A stretch of 64,000 nucleotides of DNA from a virus (IMGVR_UViG_3300029267_003506); one strand, 5' to 3'. Positions 37,701 through 46,840 are shown, counted from the first letter of the stretch. The notes: generated from the letters alone by a model not told the origin. Numbers and translations: made by a program.

Positions 37701-38122
37701 CGGAACCCCTTTATCAGCGGAACTATACCCTTATCTGGCAGCCCTGTTTCCTTCTTGCCGAGAATCTTGTCCTTGTCGAGACCCAATCCGAAGATGTCCG
37801 AGAACTCAATCAGCCCACGCGGCCCCTCGCCGCTGTAGCCCCATGAGAACCCATCGAAATTGTGCGTCGCCCTGTGGCCGTCGCTCGGGCGCACAAAGTC
37901 CACCTCCAGGTCCCAGTTGACACCCGTCTTGTCGTACTCGTAGACCGGGTCATCTGCAATCTCATAGCCAGCGCCCTTGATGAGCCGGGCGTTCGCGATG
38001 CTGGCTCTGGTTGCCCCCTCGGTCTTTAGCTGTAGGGGTCTCATAATCGTGAACGGGCTTTTCACAGCCTCCAGCAGCTTGGCCACCCGTATGAGTTCAC
38101 CCGCAATGCGCCTGTCGTCCAT
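37697..38122 (-). CDS. peptide-box family member (MDDRRIAGELIRVAKLL)
   Basis: Canonical N-terminal box. RBS GGAGGAA. Confidence 0.6.
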   Translation of the reverse strand: MDDRRIAGELIRVAKLLEAVKSPFTIMRPLQLKTEGATRASIANARLIKGAGYEIADDPVYEYDKTGVNWDLEVDFVRPSDGHRATHNFDGFSWGYSGEGPRGLIEFSDIFGLGLDKDKILGKKETGLPDKGIVPLIKGFR

Positions 38123-38163
38123 CTCATTTCCTCCAAGGGCTTACGTTCACTCACCCGTACCAG

Positions 38164-38180
38164 AATATCAAGAAAATATG
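38164..38180 (+). promoter_or_regulatory. AATATCAAGAAAATATG motif
   Basis: Divergent intergenic region, 43 nt upstream of the ATG at 38223. Confidence 0.4.
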
Positions 38181-38222
38181 ACTTTTCAGGGACGTTCTAC
38201 GCTCGACCCTGATTAGAGGAAA

Positions 38223-38573
38223 ATGGAAAGGAGACCGTCCATGGGTGGACAAGCCGCAAGAAGACCATGTAAGCGCGTCGGACAGCAACTATACACGCAC
38301 CGACCATACGAGACGCAAGTCGTGCCAGACTATCTACTTGCGAACGCTAAGGAGCTGACTGGCTCGCGCATAGACGGTTACACCTGCGTGCGCTACGACG
38401 TAGACACGAAGGACGTGGCATTCCAGTTCTCGCCGGACTTCGATACCGCCGACGAGCCAACCGTCAGATACCACGACGGCTCCGTTGTGGGTCACTCCGC
38501 AGAGGGGGGACCCACAAATCTAGCACCACAAATGGATGTGGCTTACGGACGACTATCCCGGCTTCGACGTTGA
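38223..38573 (+). CDS. hypothetical protein
   Basis: 116-aa ORF with RBS AAAGGAGA. First gene of the plus-strand island. Confidence 0.5.
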   Translation: MERRPSMGGQAARRPCKRVGQQLYTHRPYETQVVPDYLLANAKELTGSRIDGYTCVRYDVDTKDVAFQFSPDFDTADEPTVRYHDGSVVGHSAEGGPTNLAPQMDVAYGRLSRLRR

Positions 38574-38632
38574 GGCAGCAAGCGCCACGAAGGAGGGGAA
38601 ACGGCATATTGGGACGCGCTCATCTACACGAA

Positions 38633-38649
38633 AATATCAAGAAAATATG
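38633..38649 (+). promoter_or_regulatory. AATATCAAGAAAATATG motif
   Basis: Upstream of the GAGACCGGTTATA motif and gene 38706. Confidence 0.4.
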
Positions 38650-38673
38650 GGATTTTAACGTCACCTACGATTT

Positions 38674-38686
38674 GAGACCGGTTATA
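38674..38686 (+). promoter_or_regulatory. conserved phage motif GAGACCGGTTATACAGG
   Basis: 19 nt upstream of the ATG at 38706. Confidence 0.5.
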
Positions 38687-38705
38687 CAGGCAGAAAGGAA
38701 AACCA

Positions 38706-39011
38706 ATGATCTGCCTACGATGTGGCTACTGTTGCAAACACTCATTCGTGGTCATCATCGACGACCCCGAACAGGGCTATGACCCCAACGACCCCGATTG
38801 CCAAGACAACATGGCGGTCGTCCTGGGAGATGGGACGCCCTGTAAACACCTGCGTGGGGAGAAACCAGGAGAATACTACTGTGCCATACATGACAAGCCC
38901 TGGTACAAACACACCCCTTGCGCCAAGCATCAGCAAATCGAACAGAAAAACTCGAACTGTCGCATGGGAGAGTATATTCTCTCCAGGGAAAATCAAGAAG
39001 GGAGGAAGTGA
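38706..39011 (+). CDS. Cys-rich hypothetical protein
   Basis: CLRCGYCCKH...CQD...CKH...C. Confidence 0.5.
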   Translation: MICLRCGYCCKHSFVVIIDDPEQGYDPNDPDCQDNMAVVLGDGTPCKHLRGEKPGEYYCAIHDKPWYKHTPCAKHQQIEQKNSNCRMGEYILSRENQEGRK

Positions 39012-39012
39012 T

Positions 39013-40038
39013 ATGTACCGCAAATTGGCTCTTTTGCTCGTGCTCTTTGGCTATTCGGTGACTCACGCTGGGGACGCCTATGTCATCACGCCAACATTCG
39101 TCCACGCAGGTCCCAACGCCACCCCTGAAAACCGCATCTGCCGACTCCACAAAGGCACCAAGGTCGCCGTCAAAGGAAACGTCGGTGACCTCTCCATCAT
39201 CAAATACAGCGGCTACGACCTCACCCTCACTGGCTACCTGCCCAAAGAATCCATCACCGACCAGGCACCCGAAGAACGCACCCCACCCGAGGAAACGACG
39301 CCTACCCATTACGTCAAGGAAGCCACCAAACTCATGAAGAGCGGCAGGCTTTCCGGGACCTTGGCTGAAATCACTGGCTATGGTCCGGGGGTCACTATTC
39401 TGGCTGCGGAGGGCGGTTTTCGGCGTGTTGCTTACTGTAGCCCTGATTTTGAAGTGCGTGGCTGGGTGGAGGAAGGTGTGCTAGTGTCTCAAAGCGAATG
39501 GGAGGCGGTGAGGACCAAACTCGCTACCGCTGCCAAGAAAGAGGCTGCTGAGGCGTCTAAGTACGGAAAGGTGACGGACCTGCCTCTCAAGAAAGAAAAA
39601 GCGCTGACTATGCCTCAATTCGTGCGTATCAATGAACGCAGTGACCAAGAACATGTCCGCGTCCACTCTATGCCAGTCCCGACTCGCGCCGACTGGGAAA
39701 AGCGAAAAGAGAGCCTGAAAACAATCAAGAACCGTCTTCTCTGGCGTCGGGTTACTGACACTTTTTTCGTCATAGGCACTTTCCATCATCCTCTAAGCAA
39801 AAACAAACCTGTCGTCATCAACGGTATCAGCCTGCGTAACTACATCGGCGTCAAGTTGGGTTGCAGTAAAGTAAAAAAGGCTAAAAAACTCGCAAAGCGA
39901 GTAGTTAGCGGCTACTCCGGTGACCAAAGATCTCTGAAACTCAAAGTGGGAGACAAGGTTAAAGCCAGTTTCATAATCTACAAAACGTCCTCCAACGGCG
40001 TCCCTTCAGCCGTTTATTTCGACGTTTGCCACAAATAA
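39013..40038 (+). CDS. secreted hypothetical protein (signal peptide)
   Basis: Start MYRKLALLLVLFGYSVTHAGDA at 39013 with RBS AAGGGAGGAAG. The ORF track's longer frame from 38722 overlaps the previous gene. Confidence 0.55.
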   Translation: MYRKLALLLVLFGYSVTHAGDAYVITPTFVHAGPNATPENRICRLHKGTKVAVKGNVGDLSIIKYSGYDLTLTGYLPKESITDQAPEERTPPEETTPTHYVKEATKLMKSGRLSGTLAEITGYGPGVTILAAEGGFRRVAYCSPDFEVRGWVEEGVLVSQSEWEAVRTKLATAAKKEAAEASKYGKVTDLPLKKEKALTMPQFVRINERSDQEHVRVHSMPVPTRADWEKRKESLKTIKNRLLWRRVTDTFFVIGTFHHPLSKNKPVVINGISLRNYIGVKLGCSKVKKAKKLAKRVVSGYSGDQRSLKLKVGDKVKASFIIYKTSSNGVPSAVYFDVCHK

Positions 40039-40067
40039 ATCCGAGATTTTGACCGCGTATTGATTTT

Positions 40068-40080
40068 GGCACCGGTTATA
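40068..40080 (+). promoter_or_regulatory. conserved phage motif GGCACCGGTTATACAGG
   Basis: 31 nt upstream of the ATG at 40112. Confidence 0.5.
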
Positions 40081-40111
40081 CAGGTAGTCCAAGGATAGAA
40101 AGGAAAAAGAC

Positions 40112-40351
40112 ATGACTACCAAAGCCCAGGAAGAGCGCGACCTTGTGGTCTCGTACATGTGCTGCACTGGCGAGAACTTTGGCAAACTCACCTCGCAACA
40201 GCACACCGAGGTTTACTTGCTCGGTGACGGCTTCGGGACCATCGACTTCTCCTTCGCGAACGAGCAGTGCTTTGATTGGAGCCATGTGCGAGATAGTTCG
40301 CCGGCAGCCTTCGCGCGCATGGCTGCTCACATCCGCCAATTGACCATCTGA
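40112..40351 (+). CDS. hypothetical protein
   Basis: 79-aa ORF preceded by the GGCACCGGTTATACAGG motif and RBS AAAGGAAAAAG. Confidence 0.45.
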   Translation: MTTKAQEERDLVVSYMCCTGENFGKLTSQQHTEVYLLGDGFGTIDFSFANEQCFDWSHVRDSSPAAFARMAAHIRQLTI

Positions 40352-40497
40352 GCCGTCTCCCTCCCTCACGCCGGGGGCTTCCCTCGCGGAGCCCCCGGTG
40401 CCCTCCTTCACCAAAATTCCAAACATTCCTGATTTTCGCCCAACCAAAAAGAGACACTGTTGGTATAATGCAGGGAAAATCACCCAAGGAGCAAAAA

Positions 40498-40812
40498 ATG
40501 CGTACCATCACCGTTCAAAAATTCGTTGCCGAAGCCAAAAGACGCTTCGGAGAAAAACCAGCGCTTTGGAAGGTCAAATGTCCAAGGTGCGGCACCCCTC
40601 AAACCGCCGAGGATTTCCGCGAGTATACGGACCTGGACGATGCGACAATTGCCACTCAAATCGGATATTCATGCATCGGACGCCACACCGAAGAAATGGG
40701 CTGTGACTGGACGCTCGGGGGGCTCTTCAGGATACATGAACTGGAGATAATCGACCCCGAGGGAAACCCCCACCCCCATTTTGAATTAGCAGACCCGGAG
40801 GCTACAGAATGA
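40498..40812 (+). CDS. Zn-ribbon hypothetical protein
   Basis: Start MRTITVQ with RBS AAGGAG. CPRCGTP...C...C. Confidence 0.45.
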   Translation: MRTITVQKFVAEAKRRFGEKPALWKVKCPRCGTPQTAEDFREYTDLDDATIATQIGYSCIGRHTEEMGCDWTLGGLFRIHELEIIDPEGNPHPHFELADPEATE

Positions 40813-41390
40813 GGTATTACGACAGGATGCTATACTGGATGCGCCGGTACCCAACAATTATGACCTGCGAGGCAACTACCCTTTGCCATATGCTTCTCTC
40901 AAAGGGTCTGGAATTCGACTGGCGCAAAAACGGCACTCTGGATAGCGCCAAGAAGCCTCAACCAAAACCGCTCATTTCACGAGCCTGGGCAGCACAACTT
41001 TTCATTCAGAAACACCTCATGTTCTACCCGCGCCCCACCCAGTCCGCCCCGCTGTTCCATCTGCCAGCCAACATCCGTATCGACTGGCTCATGGCTGTTC
41101 AGGATTTTGTCACCCTCATCGTCATGGAGACTACCGAGAAAGACTACCGCGCGATGCTACGGGGTCACTACCTGCTCAAATTTCGCCCCGACTCTACACA
41201 CGCTGCCAACCTCATCAAGAAGGGCGATAAAGCCTTCACAGAGACCAAAGTGATGGTCGAAACCCTGACCGTCCCGAAACTCAAAGAACTGAAACACATC
41301 CGCAAACGAGAAATCGTCGAGTTTTACCACAGTTCGGACTATGGCAGAGGACTAGCCGAGGTAGACAAATACCTGGCAGAGGGAAACTAG
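40809..41390 (+). CDS. hypothetical protein
   Basis: 193-aa ORF. Confidence 0.5.
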   Translation: MRYYDRMLYWMRRYPTIMTCEATTLCHMLLSKGLEFDWRKNGTLDSAKKPQPKPLISRAWAAQLFIQKHLMFYPRPTQSAPLFHLPANIRIDWLMAVQDFVTLIVMETTEKDYRAMLRGHYLLKFRPDSTHAANLIKKGDKAFTETKVMVETLTVPKLKELKHIRKREIVEFYHSSDYGRGLAEVDKYLAEGN

Positions 41391-41392
41391 AC

Positions 41393-41851
41393 ATGCACAT
41401 CATCTTGTCAAACGAGGAGGCAAATGCGCTCTGGGTACACTGCGATTCCCTCCAGACAGGTCCAAGACACATCATGCGAGAAATCTGCAACACAATTGAA
41501 AACGGCGAAGGATACGTGGAACTGCCCTTTGACGCGCTCGCTGGTTCTGCGCTGGAAGAATCAATCCAAGAAGCCATCGACCGCATTCAGAAGTGTGATT
41601 TTTTCCCTTTCGGCGTCGCTTTTGACCTGAATGACGAAGAAATTAGCGCCATCCTGGGACGCGACCCTGGTACCCGGAAACGCCCGAGACAGTGTCCTGT
41701 TTGCGGCTGTTCGACGCTCACAAAAACCAGTTCTGATATTGCAAGCGACATGATTCGGGTTCACGTGCCGGGTCGGAAAACATGTCTCGACGTTGTTGAC
41801 GCCTACCAATGTGCTGAGGGGCACGTCTTCTACATTGGGGCAGGAACTTGA
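41393..41851 (+). CDS. hypothetical protein
   Basis: 152-aa ORF. Confidence 0.5.
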   Translation: MHIILSNEEANALWVHCDSLQTGPRHIMREICNTIENGEGYVELPFDALAGSALEESIQEAIDRIQKCDFFPFGVAFDLNDEEISAILGRDPGTRKRPRQCPVCGCSTLTKTSSDIASDMIRVHVPGRKTCLDVVDAYQCAEGHVFYIGAGT

Positions 41852-42438
41852 TATATTTCTCAGCAGATACCCATTTTCGACATGCAAACATAGCACGTCA
41901 CTGCAACCGTCCTTGGGCTGCCGGCTACGTCGATGAAGACAACGAATGGCTCAGCAAAGAAGCCAAAAACACATGCGCCGTCGAAATGGACGAGGCTCTG
42001 ATAAGCATCTGGAATCAAATAGTAAGCCCAGAGGACGACGTGTATCACCTGGGGGACTTTGCTTTCCATGGCACGCGTGTGACCGTTGAGCCCCTGGTTG
42101 CACGGCTCAACGGACGCATTCGCCTCATCCTGGGAAACCACGACGCACGGGGAGTCAGAAACGCCACTGAGTTTGTGTGGGTCAAGAAAGAGCACACGAT
42201 GATTCTGGACGGCGTCAAACTCTATCTAAGCCACCGATACAACTGGCAATGGACTGGCAAGGAAAGCGGAACCTGGCATTTGCACGGTCACTCGCACAGC
42301 AAGTATTTCAGGAGCAATCTGTCTCTGGATGTTGGGATAGACGGCCACGACTATGAGCCGATGCCCTGGGAGCGGGTACAAGAAATCATCCATCAAAGCT
42401 ATCGCCCCAGCCGTTTCCAGCCAGGGCGATGTAATTGA
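41848..42438 (+). CDS. calcineurin-like metallophosphoesterase (phage Ser/Thr phosphatase-like)
   Basis: Motifs DTHF, GDFAFHG, LGNHD, GHSH. Confidence 0.75.
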   Translation: MIYFSADTHFRHANIARHCNRPWAAGYVDEDNEWLSKEAKNTCAVEMDEALISIWNQIVSPEDDVYHLGDFAFHGTRVTVEPLVARLNGRIRLILGNHDARGVRNATEFVWVKKEHTMILDGVKLYLSHRYNWQWTGKESGTWHLHGHSHSKYFRSNLSLDVGIDGHDYEPMPWERVQEIIHQSYRPSRFQPGRCN

Positions 42439-42456
42439 ATCTCTACGCTTGGCAGG

Positions 42457-42840
42457 TCAGCCTTTCAGCGGGCCTGTCTTCTCGTAGCCCCTGTCCCGAA
42501 GAATTTCCTCTCCGCTGTTCTCGTCGGCAAACTCGACAATGCCGTTCAGGATAACATACAGACCTTCTTTCGGAATGACCAGCGCCGTCTTCGCCCAGTA
42601 AATATCCTTCGCCTCGGGACTCAATCCTTTCACCTCGGACATGGCCACCTTTTTGATGTCTTCCTCGGTGTCTATGATTCCTTTGACTGTCCGGCTGCGC
42701 CCCAATGTTGCCCTCACGTGCCCGCGAATCTGGATGTGGAATTCGCCGTCACCTTTCGACAAATAGGTCTTGGTGCCTTTGTAGGCCGTCAGGTTCTTGG
42801 CCAATTGCACCAGATCTCGTGCTACCCGTCTCTTGTTCAT
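42457..42840 (-). CDS. peptide-box family member (MNKRRVARDLVQLAKNL)
   Basis: Start at the box Met, 42840, with RBS GGAGAAAACC. The ORF track extends further upstream in frame. Confidence 0.55.
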   Translation of the reverse strand: MNKRRVARDLVQLAKNLTAYKGTKTYLSKGDGEFHIQIRGHVRATLGRSRTVKGIIDTEEDIKKVAMSEVKGLSPEAKDIYWAKTALVIPKEGLYVILNGIVEFADENSGEEILRDRGYEKTGPLKG

Positions 42841-42850
42841 GGTTTTCTCC

Positions 42851-43936
42851 TCAGTCCAACAGACTCGTAACGGTACCGCCCTTGTACGGACCTTTGACGT
42901 GCAAATTCTTACGGCTCGACCCCCACACCCACTCGCCCCGGAACAAGTCGGCTGTGAATGCGACCTTGTCGAGCTTGTCCTGGAAGTTGGGCTTGAAAGT
43001 CTCCCGGTCGAGTTCATTGCGAGGAGCAAGGGTCCTCCCGAACTGCTGCACGATGAGTCCGCCCTTCGGTGTGACCTTGAGAATCTTGCCCACCCGCTCG
43101 CGCATGAGCCGGTACATGTCAATCACCACAAGACCACCTACGCCGCCAAACTCGTCCTGGGCTGCCTGAACCGCATCACGACCCTTCTTGTCGAGCATGG
43201 GAGCATCAGCCTTCACAAGATTCTCGCCGCCAATGGTCATCTGCTTTTTGTTGTTCACTCCTTTGAGATTGTACTTCACATGGACATACCGAATGCGGTA
43301 ACTCTGTCCCGCTTTGCCGTAGTTGGAATCGCGTTTCATCACAATATTGTCACCCACTTCGCCATGCCCGTACTTACCGGAAGGTCTACCATCAAACTGA
43401 AAAATCTTCCCCAGGGCTACGTGCGGGAGGCTAAACAGGTACTCGGTTTTGCCGGTGCGAGGGTTCGGTCCTTCCAGGGCATACTCGACGCTGAAGCCCA
43501 TCACCTCAAAGATGTTACGACTCCGACCCTCGAATTTCACAAGGTCTCCCGGCTGGAACTTGACAACATCGTGAGCCGTCCTCTGTCCGGCTGTCACAAG
43601 AAGCGACGCAATGCCCTGCAGTTCGTGGGCTACGGCAATGTTCGACGCCCGCAAAACACCCTCGTATCTCTCGGCAATGGCTTTGGCAAGGAACCGCAGA
43701 AAGTGGTTAACATCGCCATTTGCGAAGTCAATTTTGCGCAAGGTGTCCTCGATTTTCTTACGCTCCCCACCAGAAGTCAGAGCGATGTGTTCCACCACAA
43801 CTTCATTGGGGATAGTATGCAAGACGCCGTGAGAATCCTGGACGTCGAACAGCCTATCCGGAACGTCCTTCTCTGCAAAGAAATTGTAGAGATACGTCCC
43901 TTTACGAAAGTTCTTGTAGGCGTCTCGCATTGCCAT
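42851..43936 (-). CDS. hypothetical protein
   Basis: 361-aa ORF with protein-like composition. The antisense 394-aa ORF was rejected. Confidence 0.55.
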   Translation of the reverse strand: MAMRDAYKNFRKGTYLYNFFAEKDVPDRLFDVQDSHGVLHTIPNEVVVEHIALTSGGERKKIEDTLRKIDFANGDVNHFLRFLAKAIAERYEGVLRASNIAVAHELQGIASLLVTAGQRTAHDVVKFQPGDLVKFEGRSRNIFEVMGFSVEYALEGPNPRTGKTEYLFSLPHVALGKIFQFDGRPSGKYGHGEVGDNIVMKRDSNYGKAGQSYRIRYVHVKYNLKGVNNKKQMTIGGENLVKADAPMLDKKGRDAVQAAQDEFGGVGGLVVIDMYRLMRERVGKILKVTPKGGLIVQQFGRTLAPRNELDRETFKPNFQDKLDKVAFTADLFRGEWVWGSSRKNLHVKGPYKGGTVTSLLD

Positions 43937-44087
43937 CTCGCTCTCCTGTCTCCCAAATTGACCTCACAAGGTGCCTCTTAGACTCACCAGAAGGCTACAG
44001 AAGCCCGCTGTGCGTCCCAAGTGCCAAAAAGGCTCTGGTACACCGCCAGACACTCAAAAACCATCAGAGCGGCTTACAGAAAGCCAC

Positions 44088-44107
44088 AATATTAAGAAAA
44101 TATCATG
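44088..44107 (+). promoter_or_regulatory. AATATTAAGAAAATATCATG motif variant
   Basis: Immediately 5' of the terminator hairpin at 44112. Confidence 0.35.
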
Positions 44108-44147
44108 AAAAAGGGCTAATTCCCACATAGGAATTAGCCCTTTTCTT
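44105..44147. terminator. bidirectional intrinsic terminator
   Basis: AGGGCTAATTCC-CACATAG-GGAATTAGCCCT 12-bp stem, flanked by A5 and TTTTCTT. Confidence 0.65.
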
Positions 44148-44465
44148 GGCTAGTTGCCCTGTTTTATTCCTCGGACAGATCCCCCGTCCTCAACACTTCC
44201 GATATCTCTTTTCCGATGCGCTTCCCCAACAAAAACAAAAGTGTCTCAGCGACTCCCGCCGGGCTTCCCTCGATAACCGTCCCCTTCGGAAACGTGACTG
44301 TGACTTGTTTTGCAGCCTCTCTCTTAGCCTGACGTTCGGCTTCATCCGCCCGCAGTGATTCCACCTTTTGGCAACTCAATCCAGCAGGGTTCCTCATCCC
44401 GCTCCACTCGTCTGGTTGCGCTCTCGAAAGGTGTCCTTCTCCATCGGCACTTTTCGCATATCCAC

Positions 44466-44651
44466 CTAGCGACGCTCATCACCTTCTCTCATCATTTCAG
44501 AGTTAACTTTAGTCAGGCTCACCTCGTGCTCCAGTTGCTGGCGTATGCACAACAAGTATTCAATATAGCAGCCGTCGCAATACACGCCCTCCACGAAGCC
44601 ACAATACTCCCTGGGTTGTGCCGAGTAATGTTCACAAGTATCGCACTTCAT
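44466..44651 (-). CDS. small Cys-rich protein
   Basis: MKCDTCEHY...CGF...CDGCY. RBS AAAGGGG. Confidence 0.4.
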   Translation of the reverse strand: MKCDTCEHYSAQPREYCGFVEGVYCDGCYIEYLLCIRQQLEHEVSLTKVNSEMMREGDERR

Positions 44652-44697
44652 GGATGCCCCTTTCATGTGGTCAAGCAACGCCGTAACGATTCCTTTC

Positions 44698-44707
44698 GAT
44701 TATACCA
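44698..44707 (-). promoter_or_regulatory. extended -10 element TGGTATAATC
   Basis: Upstream of small gene 44466..44651. Confidence 0.45.
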
Positions 44708-44722
44708 ACAAAAAGTGAATTT

Positions 44723-44911
44723 TTACGCCCCGGATTCCATGAGATGTTCCAGCAAGAACGGACAATCTATCGGCACATCACGCTCGTCATATGGTTCCTT
44801 GGCTTTCAAACACTCTGCTCTCGCTCGCAGGCGCTCGTTCATGCACCGAAGCCAACGAGCCTCTTTGCACCTGTTGCAAACCATAAGATTGTGGTGGACT
44901 TGACTTTCCAT
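44723..44911 (-). CDS. small Cys-rich protein, CPFxLEHL family
   Basis: CNRC...C...DCPFLLEHLM C-terminal motif shared with three paralogs. Confidence 0.45.
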   Translation of the reverse strand: MESQVHHNLMVCNRCKEARWLRCMNERLRARAECLKAKEPYDERDVPIDCPFLLEHLMESGA

Positions 44912-44916
44912 AGCCC

Positions 44917-44928
44917 CATTTTATACCA
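44917..44928 (-). promoter_or_regulatory. extended -10-like element TGGTATAAAATG
   Basis: 8 nt upstream of the ATG at 44911. Leaderless candidate. Confidence 0.4.
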
Positions 44929-44990
44929 AGATCAGCCATTTTGGGATGCAAACATGAAAAAAATCCAGAATTCAACGGCATTTGCTCTTT

Positions 44991-45003
44991 GAGACCGGTT
45001 ATA
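44991..45003 (+). promoter_or_regulatory. conserved phage motif GAGACCGGTTATAAGG
   Basis: 22 nt upstream of the ATG at 45026. Opens the second plus-strand island. Confidence 0.5.
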
Positions 45004-45025
45004 AGGAAAGTAAGGAGGAAACCCG

Positions 45026-45193
45026 ATGAAAGCCGTGCTGATTGACGTTCGCAACAAACAAATCCGGGATGTGCATTGCGACGGTACGCTCGAAAACATC
45101 TACTCCCTCACAGGCTGCAGGCTCATCCAACCGCTGGACAGAAAGGAAATGAAGTTTGGGAGTGGTGTAGCCAAGAAACTGGTCAATGCTTAG
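45026..45193 (+). CDS. small hypothetical protein
   Basis: 55-aa ORF, too short for the ORF track. RBS AAGGAGGAA. Preceded by GAGACCGGTTATAAGG. Confidence 0.35.
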   Translation: MKAVLIDVRNKQIRDVHCDGTLENIYSLTGCRLIQPLDRKEMKFGSGVAKKLVNA

Positions 45194-45206
45194 AAAGGGT
45201 AAAACC

Positions 45207-45683
45207 ATGGGATATGAAACGCACATTGTTATAGGTTTCCTTGGAGATCCTGTACCAGAACTGGCAAAAGATTTGACTAACCCATATGAAGATGGGTCTG
45301 GGTATCCATATAAAAAGGATAAAGCCGGAAACCCAATCAAGACGGGGCGTATGCAACGATACTTGATGCCTGCTGTGCATCTTGACCTTAGCAAAATCGA
45401 CTATAGCAACCTCGACTTGTTGCATGATAAGTACCTTAAGGTCACCGAAGAAAATCAAAATGAGTTTGTGTATTTTTATCACAGTGACAGGTGTACCGAG
45501 TTTTCTGAAGACAACTATGGCGATCCACTTGTCTTGGTTCCTTTCAAGGATGTCTTAGAGGCGGTGCGCACTGACGTGCAGAACAGCGATTATCGCCGCT
45601 TTCGGTGGTTGCTGGGACTGATGGAAGCCATGGCACTAACCGATAACTCAAAACACCTGGTATGCGTCTTCTATGGAACGTGA
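45207..45683 (+). CDS. hypothetical protein
   Basis: Start MGYETH with RBS AAGGG. Confidence 0.45.
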   Translation: MGYETHIVIGFLGDPVPELAKDLTNPYEDGSGYPYKKDKAGNPIKTGRMQRYLMPAVHLDLSKIDYSNLDLLHDKYLKVTEENQNEFVYFYHSDRCTEFSEDNYGDPLVLVPFKDVLEAVRTDVQNSDYRRFRWLLGLMEAMALTDNSKHLVCVFYGT

Positions 45684-45918
45684 TAACATTACACAAGAGG
45701 CTTTTCTCCACTCCGAAACGCAGGGCTTTCTTGCCCGGTTTTCGCCTCGCCCTATTCTGGAGAGCGCTCTGATTCTTGGCACGGACCCTAAAACCGGAGA
45801 AGCCACCGACACAACTCTCAACGCAAACGACATCGAGGTTCAGTTCCTAAAATTCGACACTGCGCCCGAGCCACCGCCAGCCATTTTCCTGGTTTTGGAG
45901 GATGACCAAGATGCCTGA
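45673..45918 (+). CDS. hypothetical protein
   Basis: 81-aa ORF. Confidence 0.4.
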   Translation: MERDNITQEAFLHSETQGFLARFSPRPILESALILGTDPKTGEATDTTLNANDIEVQFLKFDTAPEPPPAIFLVLEDDQDA

Positions 45919-46252
45919 CACGAAAACAGCCCCGGAAACCGTACCCAAATGCCACGGTAACTACGACAGCCGTTTTTCCTGCGAGGACTGCGGATTCCAG
46001 CAAAGTTGCCGCAAAAGCCGCGCGTTTGTGCAGCACATACAATCCATTGCACAATGCTACGGCGAATACGAACCGGAAAACCAAAATTGCGAACAATGCT
46101 TACTTGTGGAGCACTGTCAATCCGCCACAGACGGCTGTCCCCGGGAACACTGCGGAATAGAGACGGGAACGCTTGCCGGTCTGAAATCCGCAATTGAGGC
46201 GTCCACCGCAGAAACACCGTTCTTCCTGGAACCGCCCAAAGGCGTATCCTGA
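45902..46252 (+). CDS. Cys-rich hypothetical protein
   Basis: CHGNYDSRFSCEDCGFQQSC...CEQC...C. Confidence 0.45.
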   Translation: MTKMPDTKTAPETVPKCHGNYDSRFSCEDCGFQQSCRKSRAFVQHIQSIAQCYGEYEPENQNCEQCLLVEHCQSATDGCPREHCGIETGTLAGLKSAIEASTAETPFFLEPPKGVS

Positions 46253-46283
46253 CAATTTGAAGCCTTTTAGAAAGGAAAGAACC

Positions 46284-46631
46284 ATGGAACTCGTCATCAC
46301 GGCTGTCCCCACAAACGAGAACCGCATACCAGCCATCAAAGCGCTCCGCGAAGTCACTAATCTGGGGCTCAAGGATTCAAAACTCATCATTGACTCGGTC
46401 GCAGCCGGTGAAACACGGCAAATCTCCCTCAACAAGGAAAAAGCCACCCGAGCGACAACAACACTCCACAACGCCGGCTTCACCTTCTCCACCTACGACC
46501 CAAGTGACGACATTATCCAACACATCAAGGCAGCCATCCAATTGGCAACTCAGCGAGAAATGCCTTCCGTGCTGCCGCATCTCACCGTGGCTTTTGCAAA
46601 AGCGCTTGAACTGAAAGAACAAATCACATGA
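46284..46631 (+). CDS. ribosomal protein L7/L12 C-terminal-domain homolog (stand-alone CTD)
   Basis: IPAIKALREVTNLGLKDSKLIIDSVAAGE...LNKEKATRATTTLHNAGFTF aligns with the bL12 CTD ([26 protein letters not shown]...). No N-terminal dimerisation or L10-binding domain. Confidence 0.6.
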   Translation: MELVITAVPTNENRIPAIKALREVTNLGLKDSKLIIDSVAAGETRQISLNKEKATRATTTLHNAGFTFSTYDPSDDIIQHIKAAIQLATQREMPSVLPHLTVAFAKALELKEQIT

Positions 46632-46840
46632 AATATCTCATTTGGAGCATCGAGCACAATGCCTGGTGGGCTCCCAACTCGCGGGGATACTCAACCGAAC
46701 TCAGCGGAGCCGGTATCTACGAACGGAACGAGGCGAGTAAAATCATCCGAGGCGCAAACAGGTGCGGCGAAACCAACGAATGTATGATTCCGGTCGCCGC
46801 GATGCTCTCTGGGCTCCACGCAGAAACAGAAACAGAGTAG
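46628..46840 (+). CDS. hypothetical protein
   Basis: 70-aa ORF. Confidence 0.4.
   Translation: MKYLIWSIEHNAWWAPNSRGYSTELSGAGIYERNEASKIIRGANRCGETNECMIPVAAMLSGLHAETETE

Noticed and set aside
38670-38686. Reading GAGACCGGTTATAC as a sigma70 promoter (TTGAGA as -35, TTATAC as -10)
   Set aside because: The two hexamers are separated by only 4 nt. They cannot be a sigma70 -35/-10 pair. Kept as a distinct phage-specific motif.
42430-42480. Possible terminator between convergent genes 41848..42438 and 42457..42840
   Set aside because: Candidate stems (CAGGTC / GGCCTG) mismatch and lack a U-tract. Not called.
42797-43981. 394-aa plus-strand ORF antisense to 42851..43936
   Set aside because: Leu/His/Val-rich shadow composition and no RBS. 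The minus-strand 361-aa ORF has balanced composition and sits in an operon with gene 42457..42840.
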